Shown piece after piece: positions 19,203 to 30,091 of a DNA stretch of 64,000 nt. The notes under the pieces were generated by a model. The model was not told the origin of the DNA and ran no database searches. It saw nothing but the letters and a program-made list of their open reading frames with translations. The position numbers and the translations under genes were made by a program. Numbering within the stretch: position 1 is the stretch's first letter; each line of letters starts with the position of its first letter. Source of the stretch: Alphaproteobacteria bacterium (lineage in GTDB: Bacteria; Pseudomonadota; Alphaproteobacteria; SP197); contig OZ219747.1 in assembly GCA_964291265.2 (NCBI GenBank), forward strand, positions 4,373,095 through 4,437,094, in the 5' to 3' direction.

Positions 19203-20698
19203 TGGTGGATCTCGCGGGTGCGGCCGATGCTCCGGCCATCGGCGCCCCCGGGCGTCATGCGATGAGCTATGGCGACCTTGCCGCACTGATCTCCGAGACC
19301 CGGGGCATTCTCGGTCATGCCGGTCTTGTCGACGGCGACCGCGTCGCCCTGGTCCTTCCCAATGGCCCCGAGATGGCCTCGGCCTTTCTCGGCGTTGCCT
19401 CGGGTCTCACCGCCGCACCGCTCAATCCAGCCTATCGGAGTGACGAATTCAGGTTCTATCTCGAGGATCTCGATGCGCGGTTGCTGATTGTCGAAGAGGG
19501 ATCCGGGTCCGACGCCATCGCCGTGGCACGCAATCTGGGCATGGGACTGGCAGAGACTTGCGTCGGGGAGAACGCAAGCGCCGGTGCGTTCACCTTGCGT
19601 CTGCGCGAGAAACCGGGCCGTCGCACGCTGACCCATGATGCCGGAACGGCGCTCGTCCTGCACACCTCGGGAACCACGTCGCGACCCAAGATCGTGCCCC
19701 TGTCACGGGACAATCTCGCCGCCTCGGCCACGAACATCGCGCGGAGCCTCGCCCTTTCACCCGATGACCGGGCTCTCAACATCATGCCCCTCTTCCACAT
19801 TCACGGACTTGTCGGGGCCGTGCTCTCGACCATGCGGGCTGGGGCCAGTGTTCACTGTGCTCCGGGATTCAATCCCTTGAGGTTCTTCTCCTGGTGCGAG
19901 GATGTCCGGCCCACCTGGTACACGGCCGTTCCTACCATGCACCAGGCTATTCTCGCCCGTGCGCCACGCAATGCCACGACGCTGGCCTCGATGGATCTGC
20001 GGCTGATCCGGTCGTCCTCGGCATCGCTGCCTTCGCGAGTCATGGAAGAACTCGAGACAACCTTCGGCTGTCCGGTGATCGAATCCTACGGCATGACCGA
20101 GGCGTCCCATCAGATGACCTCCAATCCTCTTCCCCCGGCGCCACGGCATGCCGGTTCGGTAGGTATCGCTGCTGGGCCGGAGGTGGCAATCATGGATGAG
20201 GACGGCGGGCATTTCCTTTCGGCCGGGGAGACGGGTGAGGTCGTCATCCGCGGCGTCGGTGTGACCCGTGGCTATGAGAACAACGATGCCGCCAACGAAG
20301 CGGCCTTCGTCGATGGCTGGTTCCGCACGGGCGATCAGGGCCTGCTCGATGACGAGGGCTACCTGTGGCTCACCGGGCGCCTCAAGGAAATCATCAATCG
20401 GGGAGGAGAGAAGATCAGCCCCCTCGAGGTGGACGAGGTCATGATGGCACACCCCGATGTCGATCAGGCGGTCACATTTGCCGTTCCCCATGACACGCTC
20501 GGCGAAGAGGTCGCCGTTGCCATCGTGCCCAAGGACGGAAAGGCTCCGTCAGAAGCATCGCTGCGGTCCTTTGCAGGCGCACGCCTTGCCGCCTTCAAGG
20601 TTCCCCGCCAGGTGGTCGTCCTCGACGAGATCCCCAAGGGAGCAACCGGCAAGCTGCAACGCATAGGACTCGCCGCAAGACTCGGACTCGCGCCATGA
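19199..20698 (+). CDS. Acyl-CoA synthetase, oxalate-CoA ligase-like
   Basis: LHTSGTTSRPK, PLFHIHGL, RSSSASL, YGMTEASHQM, FRTGD, PKGATGK. Confidence 0.85.
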   Translation: MMVDLAGAADAPAIGAPGRHAMSYGDLAALISETRGILGHAGLVDGDRVALVLPNGPEMASAFLGVASGLTAAPLNPAYRSDEFRFYLEDLDARLLIVEEGSGSDAIAVARNLGMGLAETCVGENASAGAFTLRLREKPGRRTLTHDAGTALVLHTSGTTSRPKIVPLSRDNLAASATNIARSLALSPDDRALNIMPLFHIHGLVGAVLSTMRAGASVHCAPGFNPLRFFSWCEDVRPTWYTAVPTMHQAILARAPRNATTLASMDLRLIRSSSASLPSRVMEELETTFGCPVIESYGMTEASHQMTSNPLPPAPRHAGSVGIAAGPEVAIMDEDGGHFLSAGETGEVVIRGVGVTRGYENNDAANEAAFVDGWFRTGDQGLLDDEGYLWLTGRLKEIINRGGEKISPLEVDEVMMAHPDVDQAVTFAVPHDTLGEEVAVAIVPKDGKAPSEASLRSFAGARLAAFKVPRQVVVLDEIPKGATGKLQRIGLAARLGLAP

Positions 20699-21681
20699 GG
20701 ATCGCGATTTACGGCGCCGGTGCCATCGGCGGCTACCTTGGGTACATGCTCGCAGGGAGTGATGCCGAGATCACGCTCATCGCCCGCGGACCACATCTCG
20801 CGGCCGTCCAGAAGAACGGGTTGACCTTGGAGTCGGCGGGCGGGCGGCAGACTCGTCGTATCAGGGCCACCGACGATCCGCGGGAAGCCGGACTGCAGGA
20901 CTATGTCATCATCACCCTCAAGGCTCATTCGGTGCCTGCTGTTGTCGGGGCCATGCAGGCCATGCTGGCACCCGAGACGGCTGTCGTGACGGCCGTCAAC
21001 GGGGTTCCATGGTGGTACTTCTACGGCCTTGAGGGTGCATGGCGCGACCATCGCCTCCGGAGTGTCGATCCCGGTGACGTTCAGTGGGACGGCATTGGCC
21101 CCGAACGCGCCATCGGGTGTGTCGTCTTTCCCGCATGCGAGATCACCGCTCCCGGCGTGGTGCGTCATCTCGCCGGTGATCGCCTTTTTCTCGGAGAGCC
21201 CTCGGGCGAAGCCAGGCAACGCACGCGCACCCTGGCACTGATGATGCGCGAGAGTGGACTGAAGGCGCCGGTGCGAACACGGATTCGTGACGACATCTGG
21301 GTGAAGCTGTGGGGCAATCTCTGCTTCAATCCGGTCTCGGCACTGACCGGCGCCACTCTGGAAGAAATGGCCGGTGACCGGGATGTCCGACAGTTGTGCC
21401 GCACGATGATGACGGAAGCCCGCACGGTGGCGGAAACCCTTGGGGTTCGGTTCGCCATCGACATCGACCGGCGGATCGATGGGGCCGGGGCTGTCGGCGC
21501 ACATCGCACGAGCATGCTCCAGGACCTGGACCAGGGCCGGGCCATGGAGATCGATGCGCTGGTTTCCTCGGTTCAGGAACTGGGGCGGATCACCGGACAT
21601 CCCACGCCGACGCTCGACGTCATTCTGACGCTGGTGCGTCAGAAGGCCGAACTGCTCGGTCTCTACAGGCGCTCATCGTGA
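20695..21681 (+). CDS. Ketopantoate reductase family protein (PanE2/oxalyl-CoA reductase-like)
   Basis: GAGAIGG, NGVPWWYF, WVKLWGNLCFNP, TSMLQD; ATGA overlap with the ligase. Confidence 0.85.
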   Translation: MRIAIYGAGAIGGYLGYMLAGSDAEITLIARGPHLAAVQKNGLTLESAGGRQTRRIRATDDPREAGLQDYVIITLKAHSVPAVVGAMQAMLAPETAVVTAVNGVPWWYFYGLEGAWRDHRLRSVDPGDVQWDGIGPERAIGCVVFPACEITAPGVVRHLAGDRLFLGEPSGEARQRTRTLALMMRESGLKAPVRTRIRDDIWVKLWGNLCFNPVSALTGATLEEMAGDRDVRQLCRTMMTEARTVAETLGVRFAIDIDRRIDGAGAVGAHRTSMLQDLDQGRAMEIDALVSSVQELGRITGHPTPTLDVILTLVRQKAELLGLYRRSS

Positions 21682-21682
21682 G

Positions 21683-21756
21683 TGGAGCGGGTGAAGGGAA
21701 TCGAACCCTTGTCTAAAGCTTGGGACGCTTTCGTTCTGCCATTGAACTACACCCGC
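21683..21756 (-). tRNA. tRNA-Gly(CCC)
   Basis: Reverse complement GCGGGTGTAGTTCAATGGCAGAACG-AAAGC-GTCCCAA-GCTTT-...GGTTCGATTCCCTTCACCCGCTCCA; 74 nt with CCA. Confidence 0.95.
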
Positions 21757-21871
21757 TTGCGGCAAGTCTACTCCGAACTCCCGGGACGCCGCAACCGGCA
21801 CACGGCATGGGTTGACCCGACTTGCCGGCCGCTGCACCGTTGTCCCTGTCGCCTGTCCGGAGAGATGGACC

Positions 21872-22264
21872 ATGTATGAAGAAGTGACCCGTGGTGTGCG
21901 CATCTCGGTCAACCCGGTCTACCTCGAGAGCCAGTCCGAGCCGGACAGCAGCCACTTCGTGTGGGCCTACCAGGTCAGGATAGTCAATGAAGGCGCGGAG
22001 ACCGTGCAGCTTCTGACCCGTCACTGGAAGATCACCGATGGACGGGGCCGACTCCAGGAAGTCCAGGGCCCCGGTGTCGTCGGGGAGCAACCTGTCCTCC
22101 AACCTGGAGAGTCCTTCGAATACACGTCCGGGACACCGCTTTCGACCCCATCGGGCATCATGGCCGGAACCTACCAGATGCAGGCCGAATCAGGCGAGAT
22201 GTTCGACGCCGTGGTCCCTGCGTTTTCCCTGGACAGTCCCTGGCAGGCCCGGCGCATCAATTGA
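21872..22264 (+). CDS. apaG: ApaG protein
   Basis: [32 protein letters not shown]. Confidence 0.95.
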   Translation: MYEEVTRGVRISVNPVYLESQSEPDSSHFVWAYQVRIVNEGAETVQLLTRHWKITDGRGRLQEVQGPGVVGEQPVLQPGESFEYTSGTPLSTPSGIMAGTYQMQAESGEMFDAVVPAFSLDSPWQARRIN

Positions 22265-22323
22265 ACCCTCATTCGCCAGGGGATATGAGGGGCCGGCCTG
22301 CCGATGGTCGGGGGAGTCGAGAC

Positions 22324-22929
22324 GTGAGTGAATCCTGCAAGGACGGTCCCTCCCGAGAGGAGGCCGAGGAAGCGGTCAGGACACTGATACGCTGGGCCGG
22401 AGACGATCCTGGACGCAGCGGGCTGCTGGACACGCCATCACGGGTTGTGAACGCCTATGGCGAGTGGTTTGCCGGCTACGGCATGGACCCGACCGCTTTC
22501 CTCGCAAGGACCTTCGACGAGACCGAAGGCTACGACGAGATGATCGCCCTCAGGAATGTCCGCTTCGAATCCCACTGCGAACACCACATCGCCCCGGTCA
22601 TCGGCCAGTGCCATATCGCCTACCTGCCTCGCTCGCGTGTCGTCGGCATATCCAAACTGGCCCGCATGGTGGAGATCTATTCTCGACGTCTGCAGATTCA
22701 GGAGCGCCTGACGGCACAGATCGCCGATACCATCAACGACATCCTCGAGCCACGAGGCGTGGGCGTCGTCGTCGAGGCCACCCACCACTGCATGACGACA
22801 CGTGGCGTCCACAAGCCGGGCGTCAGCATGGTGACCAGCCGCATGCTTGGCGACTTCCGCGTCAAGTCGGCGACGCGCCGCGAGTTTCTGGCCTATATCG
22901 GCAATCCCGTGCCGGGGATATCGACATAG
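22324..22929 (+). CDS. folE: GTP cyclohydrolase I
   Basis: [32 protein letters not shown]. Start may be 22261. Confidence 0.95.
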   Translation: MSESCKDGPSREEAEEAVRTLIRWAGDDPGRSGLLDTPSRVVNAYGEWFAGYGMDPTAFLARTFDETEGYDEMIALRNVRFESHCEHHIAPVIGQCHIAYLPRSRVVGISKLARMVEIYSRRLQIQERLTAQIADTINDILEPRGVGVVVEATHHCMTTRGVHKPGVSMVTSRMLGDFRVKSATRREFLAYIGNPVPGIST

Positions 22930-22963
22930 AAAACGCCGGACCCTCGAAGAGCGGGACACGTCC

Positions 22964-24415
22964 GTGATCGATATCAGGCCCATTCTCCAGGTTGCCGGCA
23001 TCCTCCTTGCCATGCTCGCCGTGGCCATGTTTCTGCCGATGACGGCGGATCTTGTCGAAGGGCATGACGACTGGCTGGTGTTCCTCGGCGCCGGATCACT
23101 GACGCTTTTTGTCGGCATGGCGCTCTTTCTCACCAACCTCACGAGCGCCTCGGGACTGAGCGTGCGCCAGGCCTTCCTCCTGACGGCCGTCTCATGGATC
23201 GTTCTGTGCGCCTTTGCCGCACTGCCCTTTGCCTTTGCCGATCTCGGACTCGACTACTCCGATGCCCTGTTCGAAGCGACAGCGGGACTGACGACGACCG
23301 GCGCCACGGTCGTCACCGACCTGCAGTCGAGGCAAACAGGCATCCTGCTGTGGCGGGCTCTGCTCCAGTGGCTGGGCGGCATCGGCATCATTGTCACGGC
23401 CGTTGCCGTGCTGCCCATGCTGCGCATTGCCGGCATGCAGCTCTTCAGCACGGAGTCGTCTGACCAGGAGAAGATGCTGCCGCGCACCGTGCGCATCGCC
23501 GCCATCATCGCAATCATCTATGCGGCGTTCTCGGTGCTGTGCTTCCTTGCCTACTGGAGCGCCGGCATGTCGACATTCGATGCTCTGACTCATGCCATGA
23601 CAACTGTCTCCACCGCCGGGTTCTCCACCCATGACGACTCCATCGGTCACTTCGACAGTCAGGCAGTCGAACTTGTCGCCATGGTGTTCATGATCCTCGG
23701 TGCCCTGCCCTTCGTCATCTACATGCAGATGACACGCGGCCACTTCGTCCCGCTGTGGCGCGATGTCCAGCTCCGTCTTTTCATGAGCATCACCATCGCC
23801 ATCATCGCCCTCCTGACCGTCTACCGCTCCATCCAGACCGGCGACGTGACGTTCTCCTGGGATGTGCTGCGGGAGGTGTCGTTCAATGTCGTCGCCATCG
23901 CCACGAGCACCGGCTACACGACAGAGGATTTCGGCGCCTGGGGCGGCTTTGCCGTCGCCATCTTCTTCATCCTCCTGTTCCTGGGGGGGTGCACCGGTTC
24001 GACGGCCGGTGGCATCAAGATGTTCCGCGTCCACGTGCTCGCCGCTCTGCTCTACATCCAGCTCCGGCGACTCATCCAGCCGCACGGGGTGTTCATTGCA
24101 CACTACAACGACGTGCGCATCAGCGATGGTGTGGCACAGTCCGTAGCCACCTTCCTGGTCATCTTTGTCGCCGGCTTCTTCCTGCTGACCGCCGGTCTGG
24201 CGGCGCACAACCTCGATTTCATAACCAGTGCTTCGGGTGCGGTGGCCGCACTCGCCAACATCGGACCGGGGCTTGGCCCCGTGATCGGACCGCACGGCAA
24301 CTATTCGCAGCTTCCCGACACTGCGAAACTCCTTCTGTGCATCGGCATGCTCCTGGGCAGACTCGAGTTTCTAACCCTCCTCGTCCTCGTGACACCTGAT
24401 TTCTGGAGAGAGTAA
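22964..24415 (+). CDS. trkH: Trk potassium uptake protein
   Basis: TTTGAT, QWLGGIG, STAGF, GGCTGSTAGGIK, ANIGPG, LGRLE. Confidence 0.93.
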   Translation: MIDIRPILQVAGILLAMLAVAMFLPMTADLVEGHDDWLVFLGAGSLTLFVGMALFLTNLTSASGLSVRQAFLLTAVSWIVLCAFAALPFAFADLGLDYSDALFEATAGLTTTGATVVTDLQSRQTGILLWRALLQWLGGIGIIVTAVAVLPMLRIAGMQLFSTESSDQEKMLPRTVRIAAIIAIIYAAFSVLCFLAYWSAGMSTFDALTHAMTTVSTAGFSTHDDSIGHFDSQAVELVAMVFMILGALPFVIYMQMTRGHFVPLWRDVQLRLFMSITIAIIALLTVYRSIQTGDVTFSWDVLREVSFNVVAIATSTGYTTEDFGAWGGFAVAIFFILLFLGGCTGSTAGGIKMFRVHVLAALLYIQLRRLIQPHGVFIAHYNDVRISDGVAQSVATFLVIFVAGFFLLTAGLAAHNLDFITSASGAVAALANIGPGLGPVIGPHGNYSQLPDTAKLLLCIGMLLGRLEFLTLLVLVTPDFWRE

Positions 24416-24417
24416 CC

Positions 24418-25560
24418 ATGACACCGGTCGACATGATCCGCCGCCTGATTGCCTTCGACACCACGAGCCACCGCTCGAACCTGGAGATGATCCACTGGAT
24501 CGCCGACTACCTGGACTCACACGGTATCGAGAGCACCCTCGTTCACGACGAAGAACGCCGCAAGGCGAATCTGTTCGCAACCCTGGGACCCGACCGGGAG
24601 GGCGGCGTGGTGCTCTCCGGACATACGGACGTGGTGCCGGTGGATGGCCAGCCGTGGGACACCGATCCCTTCGAGGTCCACGACAAAGGCGGCAGACTCT
24701 TCGGCCGCGGCACCAGTGACATGAAGAGCTTCGTTGCCGTCGCCCTGGCATGTGTGCCGGAGTTTCTCGCCTGCGGACTCAAACACCCCGTTCACCTTGC
24801 CTTTTCCTATGACGAGGAGGTCGGCTGCCTCGGTGTCCATGGGCTCATTGGCGAACTCAAACGCCGTGACCTTCGCCCCTCGGCCGTCATCATCGGCGAG
24901 CCGACCTTGATGGAGGTGGTGGATGCCCACAAGGGGATCGCCGTGTTCCACACGCACGTCAGAGGGGTGCCGGCCCATTCCAGCGCCACCCACATCGGGG
25001 TGAGTGCGACCCATGCCGCCAGCCGATTCGTCACCTTTCTCGACGACCTCTTCGAGGAATACCAGACCCGGTCCCGCCCCGACCTCGGTTTTGTGCCGCC
25101 CTACACCACCATACAGGTGGGCATTCTCGACGGTGGAACCGCCAGCAACATCATCGCCCGGGACTGTCACATTGACTGGCACTTCCGCACCATTCCGACG
25201 GACGATCCGGCAGAGATCGAAGACCGGGCGCTTTCGCGCCTCGATCAGCTGCGCGAAGACATGAAAGCACGCCACCCGGACTGTGACATCACCACGACAA
25301 CTGGGGCCAGGGTGCCGCCGCTCAGGCCGGACAGCGCTTCCGCGGCAACCGAACTCGCCCTTCAGCTGACCGGCGCCAACAGCACGTCCCAGGCATCATT
25401 CGGTACCGAGGCCGGCATCTTCCAGGAAAACAGCTACGCTGCCGTGGTGTGCGGTCCCGGCGACATCGCCCAGGCACATCAGCCGAACGAGTTCATCACC
25501 CTGGAACAGGTGGAGGCGTGCCGCACCTTCCTGCGCCGTCTCATGGCACGCCTCTCATGA
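24418..25560 (+). CDS. argE: Acetylornithine deacetylase
   Basis: SGHTDVVP, GRGTSDMK, YDEEVGC, GEPT, AHQPNE. Confidence 0.92.
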   Translation: MTPVDMIRRLIAFDTTSHRSNLEMIHWIADYLDSHGIESTLVHDEERRKANLFATLGPDREGGVVLSGHTDVVPVDGQPWDTDPFEVHDKGGRLFGRGTSDMKSFVAVALACVPEFLACGLKHPVHLAFSYDEEVGCLGVHGLIGELKRRDLRPSAVIIGEPTLMEVVDAHKGIAVFHTHVRGVPAHSSATHIGVSATHAASRFVTFLDDLFEEYQTRSRPDLGFVPPYTTIQVGILDGGTASNIIARDCHIDWHFRTIPTDDPAEIEDRALSRLDQLREDMKARHPDCDITTTTGARVPPLRPDSASAATELALQLTGANSTSQASFGTEAGIFQENSYAAVVCGPGDIAQAHQPNEFITLEQVEACRTFLRRLMARLS

Positions 25561-26930
25561 CCGATCTCTGCCATCTGACGGCTCTGGAACACAAGCGGCT
25601 GCTTGATGAAGGCGCGTTGTCCTCGCTCGAACTCGTCGATGCCCAGATCGCCCGAATCACCAGGAGCAATCGGCAGATCAATGCCTTCGTCACCCTGGAT
25701 GCCGATCAGGCCCGCGACGAGGCGAGGAGAAAGGACGACGAAAGGGCAAGGGGGAGCGCTGAAGGCGTCCTCCACGGTCTCACGGTCGGCGTGAAGGACT
25801 GCTTCGCAACACGGGGGATCCGCACCACCTGGGGGTCACGTGCCTTCGCCGACCACGTGCCGGATCATGATCACCTCGTCGTCGAGCGCGAACGGCGCGC
25901 CGGCGCCATCATCCTCGGCAAGCTCAACACGCCCGAGTTCACGATGGCGCGCAACACCTGCGACAACCCGGTGTTCGGAGCGACACGCAACCCCTGGGAC
26001 GCCCGGCTGTGCCCCGGTTCTTCCAGTGGCGGCAGCGCCGCGGCACTGGCGGCCGGCATGGTATCGCTGGCCGACGGCTCCGACATCGGAGGGTCCCTGC
26101 GCAACCCGGCCGCCTGGTGCCATGTCGTCGGCCATCGCCCGACATCCTGGATGGTGCCGGATGTCCCCAATCCCCTTTACTGGCACAACATGAACTCACC
26201 GGGCCCCATGGCCAGATCGGTAGCGGATGCGGCTCTCTTCCTTTCTGCCCTGGCCGGTCCAGACCCGCGCTCTCCGGTGGTCGTGGCTCCGCCCTTTCCG
26301 GCTGGTCCGGTCGATCTGGCCATCGATCTCTCCGGGGTTCGCATCGGCTGGAGCTGCGATCACGGATCGCTCGATATCGATCCTTCCATCCGCAGCACCT
26401 TCATGACGGGACTCGAGGTCTTCAGGGAGATCGGGGCGCGTCTGGCACGGTGCGATATCGATGTCGATGGCGTTTCCGACTTGAGCCGCCGCCTCTGCGA
26501 ACTGCGCCTGGCCCGCGATGTCAGTGCTGTCCGCAATCCGGGCGTTGATCCGGCCCTGATGCGGCGCGCCGCATCGGCTGAAGCCATGACCGCCAGGGAC
26601 CTGCTCGAAGCCGAGGCCTGTCGTCACCGCGTCTGGGCCGATCTTGTCCGTGCCTTCCAGGACCACGACGTCCTGCTCTGGCCCGACGACCCGTGCGACG
26701 CCATCGGATTCGATGACGATGTGGCCGGTGACCTGATCGACTGGACCCTGCTCTACGTGTCTCCCATGGTGGGCCTGCCGACAACCACTGTCCCCTGCGG
26801 CTTCTCCGATTCCGGCATCCCCCGGGGATGGCAGGTGATTGCCCCTCCCGGGCGCGACCTTCTCGCCCTGCAGGTCGCCTTCGCCTACGAAAAGGCTACC
26901 GAATTCACCCGCCATCACCCGCCGCTCTGA
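25557..26930 (+). CDS. Amidase signature family protein
   Basis: GVKD, GKLNTPEF, GSSSGGS, GSDIGGSLRNPA. Confidence 0.9.
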   Translation: MTDLCHLTALEHKRLLDEGALSSLELVDAQIARITRSNRQINAFVTLDADQARDEARRKDDERARGSAEGVLHGLTVGVKDCFATRGIRTTWGSRAFADHVPDHDHLVVERERRAGAIILGKLNTPEFTMARNTCDNPVFGATRNPWDARLCPGSSSGGSAAALAAGMVSLADGSDIGGSLRNPAAWCHVVGHRPTSWMVPDVPNPLYWHNMNSPGPMARSVADAALFLSALAGPDPRSPVVVAPPFPAGPVDLAIDLSGVRIGWSCDHGSLDIDPSIRSTFMTGLEVFREIGARLARCDIDVDGVSDLSRRLCELRLARDVSAVRNPGVDPALMRRAASAEAMTARDLLEAEACRHRVWADLVRAFQDHDVLLWPDDPCDAIGFDDDVAGDLIDWTLLYVSPMVGLPTTTVPCGFSDSGIPRGWQVIAPPGRDLLALQVAFAYEKATEFTRHHPPL

Positions 26931-27663
26931 ATGAACTCCTCCTTTCTGCAGCCTGGCGGAGAGGCCTGCGGTGATCTCCACTCGGAATACGCGAGGACAG
27001 CTCAGTTGGCAGCGTCGAATGTGGATCGCTCCATGCGCCATCGATGGCAGGAGGTCTGAACGAAGGACGCCGCCGTCGCTGTCCTCGTGCGACAGGTGGC
27101 CCGCCGATGTGCCGACAACAATCCTTGCCGATCTGAAACTGCCCCTGAAGGCCCTGAGCCCGCATCGATACCCTTGGCGTTCGCGATCACGGGTGAACCG
27201 GGGCCATGTGCGAGCAAGAACGAGAAGTTCGTGATCCCTGGCGACCGCATCAAGACCGTTCTTCGCCACAGGCGTCAGGAGTTTCACACGATGCGCCACG
27301 CGAGCGCTTCTCGCCACACGCACACTGGCTTGCCGAGCCTGTCGTCAGGTCGCAACAAGGTGCGAACACCGCCTGGCTCGCATGCCCGCGCAGACGGGTG
27401 GCATGGACATTCTCCGGCGTCAACAGCACATCTGGTCGAACTTCGCGCATGGTCAGATTCGACATCAGGATCGTCTCGTGCGCGGCCGCGCGAGCTTCAC
27501 TCCTGCATTGCCAGATCATCGCACTGCACCTCGACAATGGGTCCGGCGGCCCGTGCGCACGCAGTCCCCTTCGATTGACTCCAAATCGACCTCTGCCTTC
27601 CCCGCATCCTTCGCATGGCGGTTCACACGACACGGTGAGGCGTTGTCGTCGGCGAGAAGCGGA

Positions 27664-28266
27664 TCAGAACCTCATGATCCAGCGCCACAGGTGATCCGCC
27701 ATCTCCTCCTCGAGCCGTTCGTCAAGGGCCTTGACAACGTCCTGGAACAGGGCATGGAGCGTCTCCTCGCGCTCTGCGACCGACAGACTTTCGGGAACTG
27801 TCTGTCGGCGATGGCTCCGGGCCTCGGCGAAGCCGTCTCCCGCAGGGTGATCGACAATCTCGACCCTCACCGCCAGCGACCCTTCGTAGGCAACCGACTG
27901 TTCGTCAGTGAAGAGACCCTCCAGCGTCTCGGCCGTGTCGAGAGGGACGGCAACAAACCGACCTTCCAGGAGGATGACACGCGCCTCGCCCCGGTCTCCG
28001 ACCGCCCGGAGTCGTTCTTCCGACCAGCGCCTCACCACATCGTCAGGCCATTCGGAGAGATCAAATCTCACATCCCGCGCCGGCGCGGCGACGGCACCAT
28101 CTACCGTCCCGTTTGCGAAGGTGATGGCCGCCACGTCCAGGGCCAGCGTTGTCGGCGAGGCAAAACCGATCGCCGGCAGTGCGCGAGCGGCCGGTCGAGG
28201 TGCGCAGCCGGCAAGGACGGCGCCGGCGGAGAGCGCGAGGAAGGTTCTGCGGTTGAGCACCGTCAT
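27664..28266 (-). CDS. Hypothetical lipoprotein with Tat-like signal
   Basis: NRRTFL twin-Arg plus LAGC lipobox; coupled to the hslO stop. Confidence 0.7.
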   Translation of the reverse strand: MTVLNRRTFLALSAGAVLAGCAPRPAARALPAIGFASPTTLALDVAAITFANGTVDGAVAAPARDVRFDLSEWPDDVVRRWSEERLRAVGDRGEARVILLEGRFVAVPLDTAETLEGLFTDEQSVAYEGSLAVRVEIVDHPAGDGFAEARSHRRQTVPESLSVAEREETLHALFQDVVKALDERLEEEMADHLWRWIMRF

Positions 28267-29186
28267 CAGTTCGGATTCGCGGCCGGCAGCTGCACCACGT
28301 CATCGGGGGTGAAGATCTGGCGCCGGTTGCAGAACTTGCACACCACCTCGATTTCGCCGTCCACCACGTACTCGTCGATACTGTCGGCCGGAAGGCGGCG
28401 CAACATCGTCAACGCCCTTGTGTGCGAACAGCTGCATGCAAAACGGACATCCCTCGGTTCATGGACCCTCACGCCGATGTCGTGAAAGAGACGGTACAGC
28501 AGATCCCCGGAGGTGAGGAATGGATCGGTCAGTTCTCCGGCGGTCACCGAACTCAGCAGGATCATCGTGGTGTTCCAGGCGTTCTCCCGCTCGGCCAGGG
28601 TCACCGGCTCGTCTCCGGGACCGAGTTCGGCGATTCGCTGGAGGGCGAGGGCGCCGCTGCGCCAGCACCCTGCCTGGCGTTTCACGGCCACCTCCAGCGC
28701 CGTGTCGATCTGGTCCGACTGCCGGAAGAATCCGCGCATGCAATCGACAAGGTCCGATCCGTCGAGTTCGACAACGCTCTGGTAGGTGTCACTCTTCGAC
28801 CCCTGATCGACCGTCATCACGAGGACGCCCTTGCCGACCAGACCGGAAAGATGGGAAACGCCTGAGTCCAGGCGCTGCCGGTCGAATCCCGCGTAGGCAC
28901 GCACGTCTCCGTCACTCGTGTAGTCGGCGACAAGCAGATGAACGGGCCCGTCTCCCCGGGATTCGGCGGTCATCCGTCCCTCGAACCTGAGACCGGCGCC
29001 AAGGACCAGGGTCATCGTGATCAGTTCTCCCAGCACCCTGGAGATCGCTTCCGGATAATCATGCTGGCCGAGAATCCTGTCGAGCGCCGGACCGAGGCGC
29101 ACCAAGCGTCCGCCGATCTGGAGTCGACCCAGGTTGAAAGGCTGGATCGCGTCATCCCTGCCGCTGATGTTCAGGTCATGCACCAT
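28266..29186 (-). CDS. hslO: Hsp33 redox-regulated chaperone
   Basis: YQSVVEL, FFRQSDQI, C-terminal CSCS...CKFC zinc site. Confidence 0.93.
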   Translation of the reverse strand: MVHDLNISGRDDAIQPFNLGRLQIGGRLVRLGPALDRILGQHDYPEAISRVLGELITMTLVLGAGLRFEGRMTAESRGDGPVHLLVADYTSDGDVRAYAGFDRQRLDSGVSHLSGLVGKGVLVMTVDQGSKSDTYQSVVELDGSDLVDCMRGFFRQSDQIDTALEVAVKRQAGCWRSGALALQRIAELGPGDEPVTLAERENAWNTTMILLSSVTAGELTDPFLTSGDLLYRLFHDIGVRVHEPRDVRFACSCSHTRALTMLRRLPADSIDEYVVDGEIEVVCKFCNRRQIFTPDDVVQLPAANPN

Positions 29187-30091
29187 CCCAGGATCGCCTT
29201 CTGGGCATGCAGCCTGTTCTCCGCCTCGTCGAACACCACTGACTGTGGTCCGTCAGCCACGTCCACGGAAACCTCCCTGCCCCGGTACATGGGCATGCAA
29301 TGCATGAAGATGGCATTGTCGCGAGCAAGCGACATGGCCCTGGCATCGATGCGAAACGCCTCCAGCGCTGTCGAGTCAATGTCCCCGGTCCGCCCGCGTT
29401 CATCACTCATGGACACCCAGGTGTCGGTCACCACGCAATCCGCATCCCGGACGGCCTCATCGACGGTATCGACGATGTGCATACGCGCATCATGTGCAAG
29501 GGCCCAGTCGACAACCTCCTGCGGAGGCCGGTAGAGGGGTGGGCAGGCGATGCGCAGTTCGAAACCGAAACGGGCGGCCGCATGGATCCACGAACAGGCC
29601 ATGTTGTTGCCGTCGCCAGCCCAGGCGACGGTCCTCTCCGAGATCGGCCCGAGGTGTTCCTCCACTGTCATGACGTCGGCCATCAACTGCGAGGGATGAG
29701 TACGGTCCGTCAGGCCGTTGATCACGGGCACCGTCGCGTGGCGCGCCAGGTCGAGCATCTTGGCGTGATCAGTCGTGCGAATCATGATGGCATCGACGTA
29801 GCGGGAGAGCACCCGCGCCGTGTCGGCGACCGACTCGCCGCGGCCAAGCTGCATGTCGCCTGGCGCCAGATTGATGACATGACCGCCAAGCTGGCGCATG
29901 GCGACATCGAACGACACCCGCGTGCGAGTGGACGGCTTCTCGAAGATGGTCGCGAGGACCATGTCGAGGAGAGGCCGCGGCCGGTCGTTCTCACGCCAGC
30001 GCCGCTTGAGGTCATGGGCACTCTCAAGCATGGCCTGCAGATCGCGTTCCCCGAGCTCCGAAATATCGAGGAAATGGCGTACCGGGTTCAT
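29171..30091 (-). CDS. argF: Ornithine carbamoyltransferase
   Basis: FEKPSTRTR, HPSQ, TDTWVSM, HCMP, AENRLH. Confidence 0.96.
   Translation of the reverse strand: MNPVRHFLDISELGERDLQAMLESAHDLKRRWRENDRPRPLLDMVLATIFEKPSTRTRVSFDVAMRQLGGHVINLAPGDMQLGRGESVADTARVLSRYVDAIMIRTTDHAKMLDLARHATVPVINGLTDRTHPSQLMADVMTVEEHLGPISERTVAWAGDGNNMACSWIHAAARFGFELRIACPPLYRPPQEVVDWALAHDARMHIVDTVDEAVRDADCVVTDTWVSMSDERGRTGDIDSTALEAFRIDARAMSLARDNAIFMHCMPMYRGREVSVDVADGPQSVVFDEAENRLHAQKAILGWCMT

Noticed and set aside
26931-27660. 730-bp gap with short ORFs
   Set aside because: No family, repeat or RNA structure recognised; may be a decayed gene but cannot be supported.
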